A DNA stretch of 64,000 nt from an uncultured Actinomycetes bacterium (GTDB lineage: Bacteria; Actinomycetota; Thermoleophilia; RBG-16-64-13): NCBI GenBank assembly GCA_963809395.1, contig CAWEJM010000012.1:110367-174366 (forward strand), written 5' to 3'. Positions 54,726 to 64,000 of this stretch are shown here, in pieces; within the stretch, counting starts at the first letter, position 1; every line of letters starts with the position of its first letter. The notes beneath the pieces are model-generated. The model saw only the letters and a list, made by a program, of their open reading frames with translations. It did no database searches and had not been told where the DNA came from. Position numbers and translations under genes: made by a program.

Positions 54726-57340
54726 CTACCTCACCACGAGGTTTACCAGTCGACCCGGGACCACCACCTCTTTGACCAGTGTCTTCCCCTCCAGGTACTT
54801 CGCCACGCCCGGTAGGGCCTTGGCGGCAGCCAGGACATCCGGCGCAGCCGCGTCCGTGGCCACCTCGACCCGATCGCGCACCTTGCCGTTGATCTGCACG
54901 GCCAGCTCGACCGTCTCCTCCACCAAGAAACGCGGATCGGCCTCCGGCCAGGGCGCGTCCCATATGGCGTGGTGGCCCATCATCTCCCACAGCTCGGCGC
55001 CCATGTGAGGGGCGAAAGGCTCCAACAGGCGCACCATGGTCTCGAGCGCGCAGCCCAGGACCCGGCGTCCGCTCTCGGTATCCGCCAAGCCCGCCGCCCG
55101 CGCGGAGGCGATCTCGTTGTTGAGCTCCATGATGGCGGCCAAAGCCGTGTTGAAGTGAAAACGCACTCCGATGTCCGCGGTGGCCTTCTGGACGACCTGG
55201 TTGGTCTTCACCAGCAGAGCGCGCTCTGCCGCGTGACAGGACGGACTCGTCGAACGACCACACCCGCTGCTCCGAGCTCCCGTCCGCGCCTCCGCCGCCC
55301 AGCAAGCCCTCGTCCAGCGCTTCGGTCACCTGCCGCCACACCCGGCCCAGAAAGCGGTAGATGCCTTCGATCCCCTGGTCGTTCCACTCGCCGTCGCTCT
55401 CCCCCGGGCCCATGAAGAGGATGTAGCAGCGCAGCGAGTCGGCCCCGTACTTGGCCACGTGCTCGTCGGGATTGACCACGTTGCCCTTGCTCTTGGACAT
55501 CTTGGCGCCCTTGTAGTAGATCATCCCCTGGGTGAACAAGTTCTTGAACGGTTCCTCAAAACCGACCAGACCCAGGTCGTAGAGCACCTTGGTGAAGAAG
55601 CGCGAGTACATCAGGTGGAGGATGGCGTGCTCGACCCCGCCGATGTACTGGTCCACCGGCAGCCAGTAGTCCACCGCCTCCCGGTCGAAGGCCACGTCGT
55701 CCCGCCAGGGCGAGACGTAGCGCAGGTAGTACCAGGAGGAATCGACGAACGTGTCCATGGTGTCGCTCTCCCGCCGGGCCGGACCGCCGCAGGTGGGGCA
55801 GGTGGTGTTGACCCAGTGCTCGGCCGCGGCCAGAGGCGACTTGCCCTTGGGCGCGTAGTCGGTGATGTCCGGCAGCAGCACCGGCAGCTGGTCGTCGGGC
55901 ACCGGGACCTCCCCGCAGGCATCGCAGTACACGATGGGGATGGGAGCCCCCCAGTAGCGCTGCCGCGACACCAGCCAGTCGCGCAGCTTGTAGTTGACGG
56001 CGAAATCCGCCTTCCCCTGCTCTTTGAGCCACTCGGTGATCTTGACGATCGCCTTCGGCTTTGGCCAGCCCGTCGAAGGCGCCGCTGTTCACCAGCACGC
56101 CGTCACCCGAATAGGCCTGCAGGAGATCACCCTGCGCATCCTTGTACTCCGCCGGGCTGGAGATGACCTCGATCACCTCGAGCCCATACTTCTTGGCGAA
56201 GGCGAAGTCGCGCTCGTCGTGGCCGGGCACGGCCATGATGGCACCGGTGCCGTAGTCCATGAGCACGTAGTCGGCCACGTAGATGGGGATCTTCCCACCC
56301 GTGACCGGGTTGATGGCGTGGCGCCCGGTGAAGACGCCGGTCTTCTCCTTTTCGATGCTGGCCCGCTCGATGGCCGAGGTGGCCATGGCCTTGGCCACGT
56401 ACCGCTTGACCTCCTAGCTCCTGGGGCAGACCGCGCACCAGGTCGTCGACCAGAGGATGCTCGGGCGCCAGGATGAAGAAGGTGGCCCCGAACAAGGTGT
56501 CGGGCCTGGTGGTGAAGACCGTCACCTCGGTCTCCCCGCCCGCCGGCGCGGCGCCGGGCGCGGCGCCGCGCCCTGCCGCCGACGGGGCGCGATGGTGAAG
56601 ATCACGTCGGCGCCCGTCGACTTGCCGATCCAGTTGCGCTGCATGGTCAGCACCCGTTCCGGCCAGGACTCCAGCTTGTCGAAGTCCTGCAGCAGCCGTT
56701 CGGCGTAGTCGGTGATGCGGAAGAACCACTGCGTCAGCTTCTTGGCCTCCACCAGGCTGTCGCAGCGCTCGCATGCGCCCTCGATCACCTGTTCGTTGGC
56801 CAGCACCGTCTGGCAGGAAGGGCACCAGTTGACCGGGGCTTCCTTCTTGTAGGCCAGGCCCTTCTTGTACAGCTGCAGAAAGAGCCATTGGGTCCACTTG
56901 TAGTAGTCGGGCCGACAGGTGGCGATCTCCCGGCTCCAGTCTATCGACACTCCCAGCCGGCGCAACTGCCGGTTGATGGTGGTGATGGCCCTCTCGGTGA
57001 AGCTTCCCGGGGGCTCGCCCGTCTTGATGGCCATGTTCTCGGAGTTGAGACCGAAGGCGTCGTAGCCCATGGGATGGAGCACTCGCTGCCCCAGGTGACG
57101 ACGGTAGCGGGCGATGACGTCCCCCATGGTGTAGTTCTTGACGTGCCCCATGTGAGCGCTGCCCGATGGGTAGGGGAACATCTCCAGGACATAGGTGGCG
57201 TCCCGGCCCTTGCCTCCGCCCTCGCCCGCGGGCGCGGACCCGCGGGGCGGGTTGGGGACGATGAAGGTCTCTTCCTCGTCCCAGACCTTCTGCCATTTCG
57301 TCTCGATCTGCTCGGGATCGTACTTGCGCGCCATCCACAT
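54726..57340 (-). CDS. leuS: Leucine--tRNA ligase, several frame changes
   Basis: Fragments are 56522-57340 ([14 protein letters not shown]...[13 protein letters not shown], the HIGH-type motif), 55556-56398, 54241-55971 ([14 protein letters not shown]...[12 protein letters not shown], the KMSKS motif) and 54726-55211 (anticodon-binding C-terminus). Confidence 0.95.
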
Positions 57341-58110
57341 CCCTCTGGTCTATGATGCTGCCCTCGCGCGTCCATTATTCCAGCCTGCGCCGTCCGCGCC
57401 AAACGGCGCGCGACGCGCTCGCGGATACGGTACGCCGGCGGACTCCGGAAGGAAGCCGGCCCCACCCGGAGAAATGCATGCCTATGCCAATACTCGACGT
57501 GGTCATACGCATCCTCCTCGCCGCCGTCCTCGGGGGAGCTGATCGGGATCGAGCGCGAGATCCGGGAGCACACGGCCGGTTTTCGCACTCACATCCTGGT
57601 CTCGGTGGGCGCAGCCGCCTTCACCTTGGCCTCGTCGTACGGTATCGCCGGCACAGGATTCGACCCCAACCGCATCTCCGCCCAGATCGTGAGCGGCATC
57701 GGGTTCCTGGGCGCCGGAGCCATCATCCGCTACGGCGTCTCGGTGAGAGGCCTCACCACCGCCGCCAGCCTGTGGGCGGTGGCCGCGGTGGGTCTCACCG
57801 TGGGCCAGGGCTTCTACTCGGTGGCGCTCATCACCACGGCCGTGGTGATCGTCAGCCTCTACGTGCTGCGTCTGATCGAGGATCGCCTCCTCTACCCGCA
57901 TGTGGGCAGGCCGGTGGCGGTGCTGGTGCGCTTCCAGTCCGCCGGCTACACGCCGCTCGACCGAGCTGGTCGCGGCCCTGGAGCAGGCCCACGTGATCGT
58001 CCAGGAGATGGCCGTGGTGCCAGGCGAGAACGACAGCGACACCATCCATCTGCTCCTCAAGCTTCCCCGGGGCCTCGACACCGCCAAGCTGACGGGGCTG
58101 ATCGCCGAGC

Positions 58111-60236
<2,126 letters not shown>

Positions 60237-60239
60237 GTT

Positions 60240-60824
60240 CCCCCTGCCGCATCGGCGAACAGGTGGGGATGGACACGGGTGTAGAGCTCCCGGTAGTGCT
60301 CCACCCGCTCGACGAAATTCCGCGTCTCGGGGAAGTGGATGTCGGAAAGGTCGAAGGCCTTTGCGCCGCCGGCCGCCTCGCACCCAACCGACGACAGTGC
60401 CCTGTCCCGCGTTGTATGCCGCCAGAGCCGGCCGGGTATTGCCCTCCGAAGTGCTCGAGAAGGAAGGCCAGGTAGCAGGCGCCCAATTCCAGGTTGTCGT
60501 CGGGATCGGTCAGGACAGGGGCATCGCTTCCCTTCCAGCTCTCCAACCCGGTGATCCAGACCGCCGTGTCGGGCATGAGCTGCATCAGGCCCACCGCCCC
60601 GGCCGGGGACACGGCTCTGGGATCATAGCCGCTCTCCGTCTGGACCACGGCCGCGACCAGTAGGGGTCGAGATGGTACTGCTCCGCGACCCGGGCGATAC
60701 CCTCGCGGTAGTGGATGGGATAGATCGTCGCCGACACACCGGGCACCACGGCCCGCGCGGCCGCGATCCACACCGCGGCGACCGCGATCCCAAGGACGAC
60801 CACCACCAGAACCACCAGGCGCAC
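60240..60824 (-). CDS. Lytic transglycosylase (SLT domain) with N-terminal membrane anchor, frame-shifted; 3' end uncertain
   Basis: MRLVVLVVVVLGIAVAAVW is the anchor. YLVAAVVQTESGYDPRAVSPAGAVGLMQLMPDTA is the SLT catalytic Glu-Ser motif. AYNAG-like sequence follows in another frame. Confidence 0.75.
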
Positions 60825-60858
60825 CAGCCGGCGCCTTCGACTCCGCCGTCGACCGCTC

Positions 60859-61558
60859 TCACCGGCCCTCCGCGAGCAGCCCCAGCGCCCGCCCGTACGC
60901 CTCCCGCACGAACGCCCGCAGTTGCTCCACGTCGCCGTCGTTGAAGAAGGCCAGATCGCTGCCCGCCACCCTCTGCTCGCTGGAGGCCTGCAGCTCCTCG
61001 AGCTCCGAGAACATCGCCAGGTCGAAGCGATGGATCGATCGCTGCCGGCGGTTCTCCCGACCGGCCTCGACCGTCACGATGAGATCGAACAATCCCTCAC
61101 TGCCGGATTCGAACAGCAGCGGCACCTCGCACACCACCACCGCCCCCGGCGGCGCCTCGCTGATGCGCCGCTCGATCTCCTCGGCCACCCGAGGGTGCGT
61201 GAGTTTCTCCAGCCAGCGCAGTTCGCGGCGCCGCCCTCGCACCGACTTCGGCCAGGCGTTTCCGATCCACCTCCCCGCGCGCGTCCAGCACGGCCGGCCC
61301 GAAGTGCGCCGCCAGCTTAGCCGTGACCTCAGGTTGAACGTAGAGATCGTGCACCACCTCGTCGGCCGAGATGGTGAGAGCGCCCAGTTCCTGGAACAGC
61401 GCCAGCGCCGTGCTCTTGCCCGCGCCGATGCCGCCGGTGAGGCCCACGGCCACGACGGAGCGCGCGCCGCCCTCCCGGGATCGCGGCCGCCGGACGGCCT
61501 CGCGACCGGGCTGCTCGCGCCGGACCCGAGGATGGCTACCGGACCGGGCCTGAGTCAT
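60859..61558 (-). CDS. coaE: Dephospho-CoA kinase CoaE, one frame change
   Basis: VGLTGGIGAGKST is the P-loop in ORF 61097-61558. THPRVAEEI...VVCEVPLLFESG is in ORF 60859-61242. The start may be the GTG at 61456. The position between rpsA and uvrB is conserved. Confidence 0.85.
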
Positions 61559-61623
61559 CTCTCCTCCAGAAAAACAGGGAGCGCCCTGAGGCGCTCCCGT
61601 ATCATGCCCTGTCGTTCGGACAG

Positions 61624-63151
61624 TTAGTCCTCTTTGCCGGCCTCTTCTGCGGTCTCAGCGACGTCCGCGACTTCGAGTTCCGCGTCGGCCGCAGCCTCGA
61701 CGGCGGGCTCCGCGTCAGCCTCAGCCGCGGGCGGCCTCGACGACAGCCTCAGGCGCGGCCTCGGCGACGCGCCTCGGCCTCAGGCTCGACCGTCGCCTCG
61801 GGTCGCGGCTCGACGGCAGCCTCGGCGCTACCTCGGCCGCGGCCTCCACGCGCGGCCTCGGCTTCCGGCTTCGACTGCCGCTTCGATCGCGGGCGCCGCC
61901 TGTGCTTCCCCGGCCTGTGCTTCCGCGCCTTCGGCAGCGAGCAGCGTCGCCCTCCTCGGTCTCGTATTCCTCGCCCTCGAACTCTTCGCCTTCTTCGCCC
62001 TCTTCGGCCAGCGCATCCTCATGGATGCGGTATTCCGGCTCCAGACGCTTCAAGCTCAGCGACAGGCGCCGCCGCTCGGGGTCGATCTCTATGATCTTGA
62101 CGTTGACTTCTTGACCCGGACGCACGATCTCGGACGGATCCTCCACGTGATGCTGGGCCAGCTCGGAGATGTGGATGAGACCCTCCACCCCCTCTTCGAT
62201 CTCGACAAAGGCGCCGAAAGACACCAGCTTGGTGACCCGGCCGTGCACGATCTCGTTCACCTGGCGATTCTCGAACACCTGCTGCCACGGATCCTTCTGG
62301 GTCTGCTTGAGACCCAGGGAGATGCGCTGCCGGTCGCGGTCGATGTCGAGCACGCGGACTTCGACCTTCTGGCCGATGGTCAGCACCTCGGACGGGTGAT
62401 TGACGTGGCTCCAAGACAGCTCGGAGATGTGGATCAGACCGTCGATGCCTTCCAGGTCGACGAAGGCGCCGAAGTCGACGATGTTGGAGATGGTGCCGGT
62501 CACCAGGTCGCCCACGTTCATGCGGTCGAGGATCTGCTCGCGCACGCCGCGGCGCTCCTCTTCCAGGACGGCCCGGCGACTGAGGACCACGTTGTTGCGG
62601 AACCGGTTGAGCTCGATGACCCGGCACTCGAGGCTCTGGCCCAAGAACTCGTCCAGATCGGCCACCCGGCGGATGTCGACCAGGGAGGCCGGCAGGAAGC
62701 CACGCACGCCCAGGTCGAGGATGAGGCCGCCCTTGACCACTTCGATGACGTTGCCCGAGACCGGGGTGCCTTCTTCGGCCGCCTTCTCGATACGCTGCCA
62801 GGCCCGCTCGAACCGCGCCCGCTTCCGCGACAGGATCAGCCGGCCGTCGGCGTCCTCCTTGGTCAGGACGAGGGCGTCGACGACGTCGCCGACCGACACT
62901 TCTTCCGAGGGATCCACCGACTTTCTGATCGATAGCTCGTTGGCGGGGACTACGCCCTCGCTCTTGTAGCCGATGTCGACGAGGACCTCGTCCTTGTCGA
63001 CCCGCACTACAGTCCCGGTGACGATATCCCCCTCTTCGAACGTCATGATCGTGGCGTCGTAGTTGGGAATCATCTTCCCATCGACCTCGATCATGAGGTC
63101 CTGTCCACCCTGTAGTGTCTCTACGCTCTCGTCGGTGTGTTGGTCTGGCAT
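61624..63151 (-). CDS. rpsA: 30S ribosomal protein S1, frame change(s) in acidic C-terminal tail
   Basis: Four clear S1 repeats are present (GDIVTGTVVRVD..., VSGNVIEVVKGGL..., VTGTISNIVDFGAFVDL..., VHGRVTKLVSFGAFVEI...). The likely true end ...AEEAGKED* is at 61624. The start is taken at MPDQHTDES. Confidence 0.95.
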
Positions 63152-63221
63152 GTAGTTTCCGTTTCCCTTCCCAAAGAAATGCATGGGCAAGCCACGCCCT
63201 CACGCGGCTCATGTCCCCGGT

Positions 63222-63250
63222 AGTATACCGACGCGTCAAGGAAAAGCAAA
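63222..63250 (-). promoter_or_regulatory. Candidate sigma-70-type promoter upstream of rpsA
   Basis: On the minus strand: TTTGCT, 17 nt, TATACT, about 70 nt upstream of the rpsA start. This is a sequence pattern only. Confidence 0.3.
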
Positions 63251-63290
63251 ACCGGCCCGCCGGCGCCCGACGGGCGCAGAGGCCCTGCCG

Positions 63291-64000
63291 CTACTTCGCC
63301 GACAGCCAGTCGGGCCCCACTCCCGCGTCGACACCCAGCGGCGGCTCCATCGGGAAGGCCGCGACCATCTCCTCGACGACCGCGGCCTTGACCTCGTCCG
63401 CCCGATCCTCGGGCACCTCGAACACCAGTTCGTCGTGCACCTGCAGAACCAGGCGCGCGCCGGGGAATTCTCGTCCCAGCCGCTCGTGGCAGCGGATCAT
63501 GGCCACCTTGATGATGTCGGCCGCGCTGCCCTGGATGACCGAATTGACCGCCAGCCTCTCTCCCAGGGAGCGCTCCTGGAAGTTGCCCGAGGCCAGCTCG
63601 GGTATGGGCCGCCGGCGGCCGAAGACCGTGGCCACGTACCCCTGGCGCCGCGCCAGACTCGATGGTGGTCTCGATGAAGGCCTTGACCCTCGGCATGCGC
63701 TCGAAGTAGCGCTCGATGTAGGCGGCCGCCTCTTCCCGCTCGATGCCCAGGTTCTGGCTGAGCCCGAAAGGCGAGATCCCGTACATGATGCCGAAGTTGA
63801 CCGCCTTGGCGTAGCGCCGGTGCGTGGAGTCCACGCCGTCCTCCGGCAGCCCGAAGACCTCCGCGGCGGTGCGCGTGTGGATGTCCTCTCCACGCGCGAA
63901 CGAATCCAGGAGTGTGGGCTCCGCCGAGAGGTGGGCCATGATGCGCAGTTCGATCTGCGAGTAGTCGGCCACCACGAGCGCGTGCCCCGGTTCGGCGGTG
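63291..64000 (-). CDS. polA: DNA polymerase I, C-terminal (palm/fingers) part; gene continues beyond window end; one frame change
   Basis: ADYSQIELRIMAHLS, YAKAVNFGIMYG (motif B) and LQVHDELVFEV (motif C) are present, ending ...GPDWLSAK*. Confidence 0.95.
   Translation of the reverse strand, partial: PPNRGTRSWWPTTRRSNCASWPTSRRSPHSWIRSRVERTSTRAPPRRSSGCRRTAWTPRTGATPRRSTSASCTGSRLSGSARTWASSGKRRPPTSSATSSACRGSRPSSRPPSSLARRQGYVATVFGRRRPIPELASGNFQERSLGERLAVNSVIQGSAADIIKVAMIRCHERLGREFPGARLVLQVHDELVFEVPEDRADEVKAAVVEEMVAAFPMEPPLGVDAGVGPDWLSAK

Noticed and set aside
57341-57477. Possible Mg2+ (M-box) riboswitch or other leader between leuS and mgtC, with hairpin-capable CUCCGG...CCGGAG and GCCGGC...GCCGGC.
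   Set aside because: The region is shorter than a typical M-box and I could not recognise its conserved blocks. Short GC palindromes are expected by chance at this base composition. It is worth including in a cmsearch run but is not reportable.

Overview
This is a 64 kb, high-GC chromosomal window. Background 60-nt lines I hand-counted were about 62-87% G+C. It is densely packed, and about 50 of 55 genes are on the minus strand. Content and synteny look like a core region of an Actinomycetota-type genome, probably a deep-branching lineage or a MAG. Supporting blocks are polA-rpsA-coaE-uvrB, lepA-hemW-hrcA-dnaJ-prmA, rpsT/holA-comEC-comEA, smpB-ssrA, a fused PafBC-like regulator and futalosine-pathway mqnB/mqnD.

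I found no rRNA, tRNA, CRISPR array, transposase or integrase. The only RNA gene I can support is a tmRNA.

The main technical feature is that about 35 clearly recognisable genes are split over 2-4 reading frames by single-nucleotide frame changes, roughly one per kb. These include essential single-copy genes (leuS, rpsA, uvrB, polA, murJ, rnr). I read this as uncorrected indel error in the assembly, not real pseudogenisation. Coordinates below therefore span the reconstructed genes rather than individual ORF fragments.

Observations worth a second look:
- A 12-heme NapC/NirT-type cytochrome sits between rnr and smpB-ssrA and is bordered by a diverged duplication of the rnr 3' end.
- A ~0.4 kb low-GC islet encodes a 4-TM protein next to a decayed yefM-yoeB module, between lepA and murJ.
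- A tight 11-gene minus-strand cluster (51084 to 40361) has two tandem nitroreductase paralogs inside an acetoin/2-oxoacid dehydrogenase E1alpha-E1beta-E2 set and runs on into mqnB-mqnD.
- An intact YHS-domain/SLOG (TIGR00725-like) fusion overlaps a beta-CASP nuclease gene by 11 nt.

I do not see a canonical defence system. The proposals above are hypotheses from sequence reading only.
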